A program made the translations under genes and the position numbers. Positions 1-7,974 of a stretch of 64,000 bases of DNA are shown here, piece by piece; the first letter of the stretch is position 1; each line of letters opens with the position of its first letter. The DNA lies in NCBI GenBank assembly GCA_965195355.1, contig OZ239627.1, forward strand, positions 1,880 to 65,879, in the 5' to 3' direction. The notes below the pieces were generated by a model, which was given only the letters and a program-made list of their open reading frames with translations, had not been told where the DNA came from and did not search any database. The DNA is from Rickettsiales bacterium. Lineage in GTDB: Bacteria; Pseudomonadota; Alphaproteobacteria; Rickettsiales; G965195355.

Positions 1-1179
1 TTGGTATACAAGCTCAATGAGATTGCTCTACAAGAGCGCTTAGGATATACACAACACGCGCCTAGATGGGCAATTGCACATAAATTCCCATCAGAAATCG
101 TAAAAACACGCTTAAACACAATTAAATTGCAGATAGGAAGAACTGGAGTCATCACACCAGTTGCAGAGCTTGAACCTGTAAAAATCTGTGGTGTCATTGT
201 GAAACAAGCATCACTTCATAATAGAGACTTCATCACAGAACATGATATACGCGAACATGACTCAGTACTAATTAAGCGCTCAGGAGATGTGATTCCATAT
301 GTTATCTCATCGTACAATGCAATGCGAGAAAGCAACAGCGCTACATTTGAATTTCCGAAGAGATGTCCATGTTGTGATTCAGAATTAGAACATGATGGTG
401 CACTCATAAGATGCAGAATGCATACATCATGCTCTGATCAAATGCGCGAATATATCAAATACTTTGCATCAAGGAATGTTATAAACATCAAAGGACTAGG
501 AAGTAAAGTAGTCGATTTCTTATGGAATAATGAGATTATATGCAATGCTCTCGACATCTTCACACTTGAGATTCGTCAATTCCTTGGAATTATTGATCTA
601 TATCAATTCAATGGCTGGGGGCACAAGTCAATCAATAACTTGTTCTCAGAAATCAGAGCAAAACGACATATAACACTTGCAAAATTCTTGCATTCCCTGG
701 GCATTCATCATATTGGCTTATCAAATGCACAATTAATCTCAAATCATTTTCAATCATTTATAAAATTCAAAAGATTTCTACTTGATCATAACGATGCAGA
801 CAATCAAAAATTGTTAAACATCAATGGAATCGGAGACAAAATCTTAGAATCGTTTATTGGTTTTATATCCGAAAACAAAGATATGATATTTGCATTATCA
901 AATTGGATAAAAATATCTGACTCGCAAGAAAATTCCACTTCCAATTCAATTTTTAATGGAAAATACCTAGTATTCACAGGAAAACTAGAGCGCTGGACAC
1001 GGCAAGAAATCAAATCCATCTCCGAAAAATATGGAGCCAAGATATTAAATAACATTTCCAAGAATGTGGATTATGTAATTGCAGGAAAAGATGCTGGATC
1101 GAAGTTACATAGAGCAAAAGAATTAGAAATACAAATCTTAACAGAAGAAGAATTAGATAATATGCTATTGACTTCATAA
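1..1179 (+). CDS. ligA: NAD-dependent DNA ligase LigA, C-terminal ~390 aa (5' end lies outside the window)
   Basis: The ORF is open to the window start. It contains RWAIAHKFPSE, a Cys4 zinc finger (CPCCDSELEHDGALIRC..C), HhH-type INIKGLG and INGIGDK motifs, and a C-terminal BRCT-like segment (GKYLVFTGKL...VIAGKDAGSKL). Confidence 0.95.
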   Translation: MVYKLNEIALQERLGYTQHAPRWAIAHKFPSEIVKTRLNTIKLQIGRTGVITPVAELEPVKICGVIVKQASLHNRDFITEHDIREHDSVLIKRSGDVIPYVISSYNAMRESNSATFEFPKRCPCCDSELEHDGALIRCRMHTSCSDQMREYIKYFASRNVINIKGLGSKVVDFLWNNEIICNALDIFTLEIRQFLGIIDLYQFNGWGHKSINNLFSEIRAKRHITLAKFLHSLGIHHIGLSNAQLISNHFQSFIKFKRFLLDHNDADNQKLLNINGIGDKILESFIGFISENKDMIFALSNWIKISDSQENSTSNSIFNGKYLVFTGKLERWTRQEIKSISEKYGAKILNNISKNVDYVIAGKDAGSKLHRAKELEIQILTEEELDNMLLTS

Positions 1180-1222
1180 TCAATTGTAATATTTTACCAC
1201 AAAATATTGTATAGATTTTTTT

Positions 1223-1612
1223 ATGCTGCATAGGGACAATTCTCAATTGAGAAGAACTCAAGAACAGGTCGATGCGGTTGTGGGAATCATGCATAATAAT
1301 GTGCAGCGCGTTCTTGATAGAGGGGAGCAATTAGATACATTGGATGCAAGAGCTGAGAGACTTCATGCTGAAGCACAAATGCTTCGAACACAGGCACAGA
1401 ATATCAAACGCAAATTCCTATGCAGAAGCATTAAGTGGTATCTTGTGATTGCATGCATCTCAATGATACTCATTGCATTAATTGCATTAATAATAGCCAT
1501 TGTTGTGCAATTACTCATAGGAAAAACTGATAACACTCCGAAGACACAAATGCTGAGTATCGCTGCGAAAACGCTCTCTGATGTCACAGATGTCATCACT
1601 AATTACTTGTAG
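1223..1612 (+). CDS. Eukaryote-type R-SNARE (synaptobrevin/VAMP-like brevin), tail-anchored membrane protein
   Basis: Residues 8-65 (SQLRRTQEQVDAVVGIMHNNVQRVLDRGEQLDTLDARAERLHAEAQMLRTQAQNIKRKF) align without gaps to the VAMP2 SNARE motif. The zero-layer Arg is conserved (R33, nt 1319-1321). A KRKF juxtamembrane linker and a single C-terminal TM helix (res 72-99, nt 1436-1519) follow. Confidence 0.85.
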   Translation: MLHRDNSQLRRTQEQVDAVVGIMHNNVQRVLDRGEQLDTLDARAERLHAEAQMLRTQAQNIKRKFLCRSIKWYLVIACISMILIALIALIIAIVVQLLIGKTDNTPKTQMLSIAAKTLSDVTDVITNYL

Positions 1613-1617
1613 TGTAT

Positions 1618-2868
1618 TTATCCAATAGCTTTATCTAGTACTCTCTGATTGTCTCTTTCTGTGGATATTCCCTTTGCACAAGCACTAAAGTGCTGATGCC
1701 CTTCAATGAGCTTGAGTAATTGCTCAGTGGAATTCACATTGGATCCTTCATACTTTTTGCTAATCACTCTACCAGCAGATTTATCCCCAGGAAGAGATAT
1801 CACTGCCTGACCTGAATCCGAAGTGCTGCTATACACACCAGCGCCAGCGCTTGAAAGACCATCCTGATTGGAAAATGTTGCAAGATATAATTTGTACTGC
1901 GCAACTTTTTGCCCATTGCTATATGTTGCATTCACATCTCCATTCTCCTGAATCTCAAACCCAGCAAAACTTCCAGATTTACTCCCATCGACCTTACCCA
2001 GCGCGTCATTGGATCCACTAAATTGTGTCATGTCGGAAAACTGCAGATCTATATTACTCGCATCCACACCACTCGCCCAAGGTATCGAAATTTTTGTACC
2101 AGAAGATGTAGCGATGGAATTTACAGTAGAAGAGGAATATTCTCCTTTGGTGCCGAAATTTATCGCACCATATCCAATCAATCCATCTGTTCTACCACCA
2201 ATTACTCCATCACTTGTACTTAATTCGTACTGCCACGTGTTGCTTGCAGTTTTAAGGAAATTGCATGTGATATTATGCCCAACACCTTGAGAATCAAGAA
2301 TAGTCTGTACAAATTTCACATGTGATTTCACAGTCCCAGATGACATGTTATTGGTCAATGGTACATATGCTGCTCCAGAATACGCAATCTGCTGCGCATT
2401 CAGATTTCCAAAAACATCTAGTTTTGTGGATGCAGTAGCTTTGACGCTCTTGTTGTCAATCTTCACGACATCCAAATCAGATATCGTACTTGCTGCTCCA
2501 GTTGCTCCGATGGTACTAATCTTATGCCCCATCAGATATTGATTTTGACTATTGAGGAAATATCCATCCCCAGTTTGGATAAAATCCCCAGCTCTTGTAA
2601 AAGATGTACTTCCTTTGCTTGTGCTGCTAGACGTAACAAAAAAGCCTTTACCATTGATTGCGACATTGCTTCCAATATTAGTAGTGACGATTGCTCCCTG
2701 TGTTGAAATATTGCTATTTTCTCTGAATGAAACACCACCATTTGCCATTGCAACCAATCGACTCATTTTTTCCTTGAAACCAACACTCTTCCAATTCGAG
2801 ATATTCTCCGCAGCATTCTTCATTATCTTATTTGAAGCGTTAATTCCACTCAATGCAATATCAAACAT
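1618..2868 (-). CDS. flgE: Flagellar hook protein FlgE
   Basis: The N-terminus MFDIALSGINASN...ISN carries the rod/hook motif. The C-terminus (GSNVNSTEQLLKLIEGHQHFSACAKGIST) is the conserved rod/hook C-terminal domain. The 416-aa size and position directly after flgD support FlgE. Confidence 0.85.
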   Translation of the reverse strand: MFDIALSGINASNKIMKNAAENISNWKSVGFKEKMSRLVAMANGGVSFRENSNISTQGAIVTTNIGSNVAINGKGFFVTSSSTSKGSTSFTRAGDFIQTGDGYFLNSQNQYLMGHKISTIGATGAASTISDLDVVKIDNKSVKATASTKLDVFGNLNAQQIAYSGAAYVPLTNNMSSGTVKSHVKFVQTILDSQGVGHNITCNFLKTASNTWQYELSTSDGVIGGRTDGLIGYGAINFGTKGEYSSSTVNSIATSSGTKISIPWASGVDASNIDLQFSDMTQFSGSNDALGKVDGSKSGSFAGFEIQENGDVNATYSNGQKVAQYKLYLATFSNQDGLSSAGAGVYSSTSDSGQAVISLPGDKSAGRVISKKYEGSNVNSTEQLLKLIEGHQHFSACAKGISTERDNQRVLDKAIG

Positions 2869-2880
2869 ATTATCCTCGAA

Positions 2881-3534
2881 TTATCCTATTAGTTTTACTT
2901 TGTCGATTTGTGATTGATCAACTAAAGCCCCATTGATTTCTAGATATACTTTTCCATTAACATTATACACAGCATTAACTATACCTGAACGAGAATAAGA
3001 AACATTGATCTTTTTATTAGACCAATCTTGCGTATCAACAACGATTTTGTATTGCTCATTGTCATTCGAGCATGGAAATGCATATGTATTCTTACCTTTG
3101 TGTGGAATATTATTTCGCAACATTTCCATGTTGTCTACTTTATGCACAAGATTTCCGGACATATCGTATATCTTAATAGAAGAAAAATATTTGGGTTCAC
3201 CCTTTACATCAAAATTAAATTTTACCTCCCCTCCTTTGGAAGTTGATATCGATCCATCAAATTCAACATTTTTGTGAAGCAAGTGTACGGCGTTACGAAT
3301 ACCATGATTTGAGATAGAATGCATCTGCACTAATTTCGCTATATTGGTATTCATAGCACTAGTTTGACTCAAAGACGATAAATTATACATCTGTTGTAAT
3401 GTTTTATTGGTGTCGGTCGGTTCTGTAGGGTCCTGATTTTGCATTTCTTTCATCAACATTTGTAAAAACACCTTTGAATTCACCATTCCAGGGTCTACAT
3501 TGTTATTCCGCATACTTGCATTTACAGCTTCCAT
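2881..3534 (-). CDS. flgD: Flagellar hook assembly/capping protein FlgD
   Basis: FLQMLMKEMQNQDPTEPTD...LQQMYNLSSLSQ is the typical FlgD N-terminal motif, followed by a beta-rich C-terminal half. The gene lies 12 nt upstream of flgE. Confidence 0.8.
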   Translation of the reverse strand: MEAVNASMRNNNVDPGMVNSKVFLQMLMKEMQNQDPTEPTDTNKTLQQMYNLSSLSQTSAMNTNIAKLVQMHSISNHGIRNAVHLLHKNVEFDGSISTSKGGEVKFNFDVKGEPKYFSSIKIYDMSGNLVHKVDNMEMLRNNIPHKGKNTYAFPCSNDNEQYKIVVDTQDWSNKKINVSYSRSGIVNAVYNVNGKVYLEINGALVDQSQIDKVKLIG

Positions 3535-3535
3535 A

Positions 3536-4663
3536 TTATACCTCTAATTCCTCATGCTTCTTGAATTTCTTATATTGCATCATCACAAAATCTGATTTGT
3601 GCACTCGCTTACGATTTGCTCTGACACTGAAATTCACCTCCGCATCAATACCACGTGCATTAATCTTGCTCATCAAAATCGCTTTATTCAACTCCATTCC
3701 TTGGACCATATCTTGATCTTCATGCAAGACTGCAATTTTTACTTGGCCTGCGTTCATATGAGACTTGATCTCTAATGCGCTACCATCTTTCATTGCAACA
3801 TATACATTTTTCTCTTGATCTATTTTCTCGAGAACAGTGACATTACTGGTTTCACTCTGTATATTTCCTTTGTGATGATCATCAGTAAAATATGTCACGA
3901 CATTGGATCGTACTCCTTGATCAGCAATTGCATGATTGAATCCCACATGTTTTATGGAATCTTTATTTCCTTGCACAAGATTGACACATTCTATACTTGG
4001 CATTTTTGTAATTTCTCTAATGTCATTAATCCTATCATGCTGCTCGCAATGCTGAGGATTGTATCTAGCTATATGCAACTTCTCATCATTCGTCACAGGA
4101 GCAATGATATTATTATCAGATCGCTCATTACATACACGCAGCAACTGATGTTGTGAATTTGCTGCATTATTATTCTGTTTATGATATATTGTAGAGTCTT
4201 GCATCTCAGTAATAGATGATACACTAATCTCATGCTTGTGAGCATGCACAATATCGCCGCGCAACACTTGCGCAGTATTCTGCTCCTCAATAACAACATC
4301 TGCATTGGTGCCATATAAATGCAAACGAGATGTTTTATTGCATGATATCGCAAGAGATTTACTAGCTAGTGATTTTTGACGTTGTTTATTGAGTGATACT
4401 TTTTGACATTCATTATTCCCTATTACATGAATATCACTCTGCACCTGAGCATCATGCTGCGTAACGGAGTATGATTCGCGCTTAATCATGCTTGGCTGAT
4501 GCGTAATTGAACAAGATTTCTGTGTAGTTGCGACATCCATTATATCTAGACTTCGCACATCGTGATCTTGCATCAGAGATTGAGTCATCACATGCATAAA
4601 ATCCCCAGCAACCACTTGACGCTTGCGCTGCATACCTGTCACAGAATTCTGAATAACTCTCAT
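3536..4663 (-). CDS. fliK: FliK-like flagellar hook-length control protein (tentative)
   Basis: The C-terminal segment ALEIKSHMNAGQVKIAVLHEDQDMVQGMELNKAILMSKINARGIDAEVNFSV fits the FliK C-terminal (Flg_hook) pattern. The N-terminal part is Q/N/H-rich and poorly conserved. The gene abuts flgD, giving the usual fliK-flgD-flgE order. I start it at ATG 4663 (MRVIQNS); the track ORF extends to 4813 through an implausible Ile/Phe/Tyr-rich leader. Confidence 0.5.
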   Translation of the reverse strand: MRVIQNSVTGMQRKRQVVAGDFMHVMTQSLMQDHDVRSLDIMDVATTQKSCSITHQPSMIKRESYSVTQHDAQVQSDIHVIGNNECQKVSLNKQRQKSLASKSLAISCNKTSRLHLYGTNADVVIEEQNTAQVLRGDIVHAHKHEISVSSITEMQDSTIYHKQNNNAANSQHQLLRVCNERSDNNIIAPVTNDEKLHIARYNPQHCEQHDRINDIREITKMPSIECVNLVQGNKDSIKHVGFNHAIADQGVRSNVVTYFTDDHHKGNIQSETSNVTVLEKIDQEKNVYVAMKDGSALEIKSHMNAGQVKIAVLHEDQDMVQGMELNKAILMSKINARGIDAEVNFSVRANRKRVHKSDFVMMQYKKFKKHEELEV

Positions 4664-4781
4664 GTTGCAGAGTATATATCCATTATAGCATGTGTAAATG
4701 ATAGTGATCTCATATATATTCTCCAATCTTAATCGAATAAAAATATATTTAATACAAAATAATATCTGATGTAACGGGAAG

Positions 4782-6428
4782 TTGATGGGAATATTTGATA
4801 AAAAACAAAGCATTGATGCACAAGCAAAACAACAAGTGTGGGAGAGAGGATTGAGACAAGGTGATCATCAATACCAAGCAGAATTAGCTAATGCAAAGAA
4901 GGAATTGAAACAGGAAAAAGCGCAAGAAAAAGAAGAATTAAAACAGCAAAGATATGCAAGAAGCAAAAAAGGACAAAAGGAAATAGCACAAGAAGAAGCA
5001 TCAAAAAACAATCTGTGGGTTGATACAGATGCAGCAGCGAAAGCCACACAGCAAGAGGCATTACAACAAACAGAATTAAATGGCATGAAGCAACATATCA
5101 CAGATCGAAATAAAATTCAGCAAAGCATTATAGATACTACATCTTCAACTACATTGGAAAAAAACGCTGCAATACACAAATTACAAGAACTCTTTCAATT
5201 ACATGCAACAGTAATAAACGCGCAAAACACAAGTGCTCAAGGTGCACCCTCCATGCCAAATCAGGAATTACGCACTGCAATAACACAAGAGATGGAAAAT
5301 GGAGTGCGTATTGATGCACGAGTTTCCACATTAAAACCATACATCGCAGAATTAGAAACAAAATTACAAAATTTAGAATCCACCCCTGCACAGAAAGAAT
5401 TAGTGCAAAAAGCATTAGCTGCACTGAATGATCCCAACAGAGCGCAACATGCTTATACCAACAAAGAATGGAAGACGATGCCTGATGCACAATTGATTGC
5501 TGAAATTGAAACTAGGCTCTTAAGTAAAGGCAACAGAACTCTAGAGACAATACAAAAAGATCTACAACAAGGAAGAGATAATTATATTTCTCAACATAAT
5601 GCAAACGCATTGAAATCAGTTCAAACTAAGGACGCACTCAAGGACGTGGATCTTAGTCAAGATGCAAATCTGAATCAGATACAAGCTCTAATGAAGTATT
5701 CTGCACAAAAAGCGCAAGAATCAGCAGTAGAAATACGAAATCCAGAAACACCAGCACCGAAAACTGGTTTCTTGTCAAAATTATTTAGGCGCAAGAGTAA
5801 TGTGTTAGATTCTGTGAGTGCATCAGTAGATGATACTCTTGCACCATCAAGTGATTCTGTAAGTGCTATCAATAAACAAAGTGGACCAGGTAAAGATGCA
5901 GTGGGTAACCTTGTATCTCAAATGCAACAATCAAATCCCAACATACCCCTCATTCAATCCAAACAAGATACCATGCAACAAGCAGCTCAACATATGAGTG
6001 GGTCTGGTGTTATGACTGAGCATCAGAGCAATGACATCATATCAAATGAGCAGAAAATAGAGGAAGAATTGAGTGATAATGCTCAATTCGAACAAATAAG
6101 AGATGCGAAAGTGAAAGCATTGCAAGAACAATCAAGATCGAGCATGAGAAAACAAGTGCAAGAAGAGATTCAAGATCTAACTAAAGTACTCAGCATTCCT
6201 TCATCCCCAGAAGAGAAAACACAGGCATCAGCTAGACTACACGAGTTATTTAAACTTGATACAGAATTATGCGACAAATCTACACCTGTGTGCAATATTA
6301 AGTACACAGCTGCATCATCAATGAATAATAGTCATAGCGCACTTGCAAGTACTTCAGCTCATCATGATGCTGATTCTGTTACAAGGACGAGCACTGCAGC
6401 ACAATCGGATACAGGAAGATCTTTGTAA
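4782..6428 (+). CDS. Hypothetical Q/E/K-rich coiled-coil protein (orphan, effector candidate)
   Basis: A 548-aa uninterrupted ORF in an AT-rich genome with a strongly polar, helix-prone composition. No recognisable catalytic motif. Confidence 0.6.
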   Translation: MMGIFDKKQSIDAQAKQQVWERGLRQGDHQYQAELANAKKELKQEKAQEKEELKQQRYARSKKGQKEIAQEEASKNNLWVDTDAAAKATQQEALQQTELNGMKQHITDRNKIQQSIIDTTSSTTLEKNAAIHKLQELFQLHATVINAQNTSAQGAPSMPNQELRTAITQEMENGVRIDARVSTLKPYIAELETKLQNLESTPAQKELVQKALAALNDPNRAQHAYTNKEWKTMPDAQLIAEIETRLLSKGNRTLETIQKDLQQGRDNYISQHNANALKSVQTKDALKDVDLSQDANLNQIQALMKYSAQKAQESAVEIRNPETPAPKTGFLSKLFRRKSNVLDSVSASVDDTLAPSSDSVSAINKQSGPGKDAVGNLVSQMQQSNPNIPLIQSKQDTMQQAAQHMSGSGVMTEHQSNDIISNEQKIEEELSDNAQFEQIRDAKVKALQEQSRSSMRKQVQEEIQDLTKVLSIPSSPEEKTQASARLHELFKLDTELCDKSTPVCNIKYTAASSMNNSHSALASTSAHHDADSVTRTSTAAQSDTGRSL

Positions 6429-6439
6429 TGTCAACAACT

Positions 6440-6465
6440 CTTAACTATATAATTATATAGTTAAG
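6440..6465. repeat. Perfect 26-bp AT-rich palindrome (CTTAACTATATAA/TTATATAGTTAAG)
   Basis: Read directly: nt 6440-6452 are the exact reverse complement of 6453-6465. It starts 12 nt after the stop of ORF 4782-6428. Confidence 0.9.
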
Positions 6466-6597
6466 ATATAAAAATATGTTTACACGACGCGCATCCAGAT
6501 TTATCGCAGGGGTTGCAAAAGAAACAGGTATTGAGCAGGCAAAGAAGCGGTTAGACAACGTGATAAGAAAGCAGAATCAATAACATCAACTCCTATT

Positions 6598-6837
6598 GTG
6601 CGTAGAAGAATGAAATCTGAATCATGTCATTCATCTTATCCAATAAGTACAAAAGAATCATCATTTACGAATAAACAAGATTCAATATTATCAAACAATG
6701 CAGCGCGCGCTGCAGTACTTAACGCTTTTCGTGCTCATGATTCTAATATCGGATTCTCGTTTGATCACGATCAAAACTTAAGTATATCCAATCCAAGAAT
6801 TGCATTACAAAACGAAGGCACGAGTGTTGATAGGTAG
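6598..6837 (+). CDS. Hypothetical small protein (start uncertain: GTG 6598 or ATG 6610)
   Basis: ORF only; S/N-rich and ends in ..EGTSVDR. Confidence 0.3.
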   Translation: MRRRMKSESCHSSYPISTKESSFTNKQDSILSNNAARAAVLNAFRAHDSNIGFSFDHDQNLSISNPRIALQNEGTSVDR

Positions 6838-6877
6838 CATTAAGATCTCAATGATCTACTTTTAAAGTAAGAAATAT

Positions 6878-7390
6878 ATGAAATACAATCTTTTATCTAT
6901 AGTCACATCTACTGCAAAAACAGGCACAACTCACTTTCTAAAGAAAGTATCTTCATTTTTGTCTGCTATGATAAATCCGATATCGTTTTTTGGATTTGTT
7001 GCACAAACAGTGCGAACTCAATATGAGCGTCTCACCCATCCAGATGCTCGAAAACCTGAAGCAGTGAAAACAGAGACAGTGGCAATATTAATAGAAGGCA
7101 ATCTTGATGGTTTAAACAAAAAAGAATTGACTGCTAAGATAGCTGTGCAACGCGGAGTACATTCAAATAATGTACAAATTCATGCTCAACACAAAATAGA
7201 TGCCTCCCAACACAATACTCCAGAAGAACGTCAAGAATTTGCCAAAAATTGCCTACAGCAATTCAATTTGGCACAAGAATTTGCGAAAAAAACAGCAGGA
7301 AGCATCGCATCCAGCACTCAATCAACATCAGATTCAATAGAAAAACCAATCATTGGCATTGCTACTACCGCTCAAGAGGCTACACGATAA
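6878..7390 (+). CDS. Hypothetical protein sharing a C-terminal tail with the next ORF
   Basis: A 170-aa ORF whose tail AGSIASSTQSTSDSIEKPIIGIATTAQEATR parallels the tail of ORF 7465-7947. Confidence 0.5.
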   Translation: MKYNLLSIVTSTAKTGTTHFLKKVSSFLSAMINPISFFGFVAQTVRTQYERLTHPDARKPEAVKTETVAILIEGNLDGLNKKELTAKIAVQRGVHSNNVQIHAQHKIDASQHNTPEERQEFAKNCLQQFNLAQEFAKKTAGSIASSTQSTSDSIEKPIIGIATTAQEATR

Positions 7391-7464
7391 TCATTAATAT
7401 TTGAAACAATATATTAAGAATATAATGATATTATATATATATAACTTTAATTTAGGTAATCACC

Positions 7465-7947
7465 ATGGCACATTGGCTCACAAGACTCTTTTCAGGAGCA
7501 TCATACTCTATGAAAGGCACAGAATCAGAAATTCCAGCACCAAATCAAGATCCAGACAATCTTATCTCTGATGTTATAAATCGTGCTGATGTTACACCAA
7601 GTGCACTTGCCTCTGAAAATGCTACTGTTATAGATCGTGATATGAATTCCAATAGTGCACTTGATTATTCATTAGTCGAGGGGGAATTAACACATGCGCG
7701 TGTATATGATGGAAGGATGTATGAGGATACGGAGACAATATTGAGCAATCAATTACTAGATTTTACCTCATCTGCATTTAGACGTACTGATACAATATCA
7801 ATTGAGCAAAAAAATACTAGGCGTCAGTCAAGAGAGGGAAATATTGCAGACATGACTGGAGCAATAGCAGGAGGAATACAGAGCACTAGCACAGCAACAG
7901 CACCAATTACAGGAGAAGCGAGAGCAAATGTGGAAGCTACTCGATAA
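7465..7947 (+). CDS. Hypothetical protein sharing a C-terminal tail with the previous ORF
   Basis: A 160-aa ORF whose tail AGGIQSTSTATAPITGEARANVEATR parallels the tail of ORF 6878-7390. Confidence 0.5.
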   Translation: MAHWLTRLFSGASYSMKGTESEIPAPNQDPDNLISDVINRADVTPSALASENATVIDRDMNSNSALDYSLVEGELTHARVYDGRMYEDTETILSNQLLDFTSSAFRRTDTISIEQKNTRRQSREGNIADMTGAIAGGIQSTSTATAPITGEARANVEATR

Positions 7948-7974
7948 ACATTGTCTCAGGAAGAAATGTGACAT

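Noticed and set aside
4682-4690. An extended -10 promoter match (TGCTATAAT on the minus strand) 19 nt upstream of the fliK-like start.
   Set aside because: TATAAT-like hexamers are frequent by chance in DNA this AT-rich, and no convincing -35 is present. I did not report it as a feature.
4664-4813. A 50-codon N-terminal extension of the fliK-like ORF (track ORF 3536-4813), which would overlap the divergent ORF starting at 4782.
   Set aside because: The extension translates to an Ile/Phe/Tyr/Cys-rich string typical of AT-rich non-coding DNA. An in-frame ATG at 4663 gives a sensible start and leaves a divergent promoter region.
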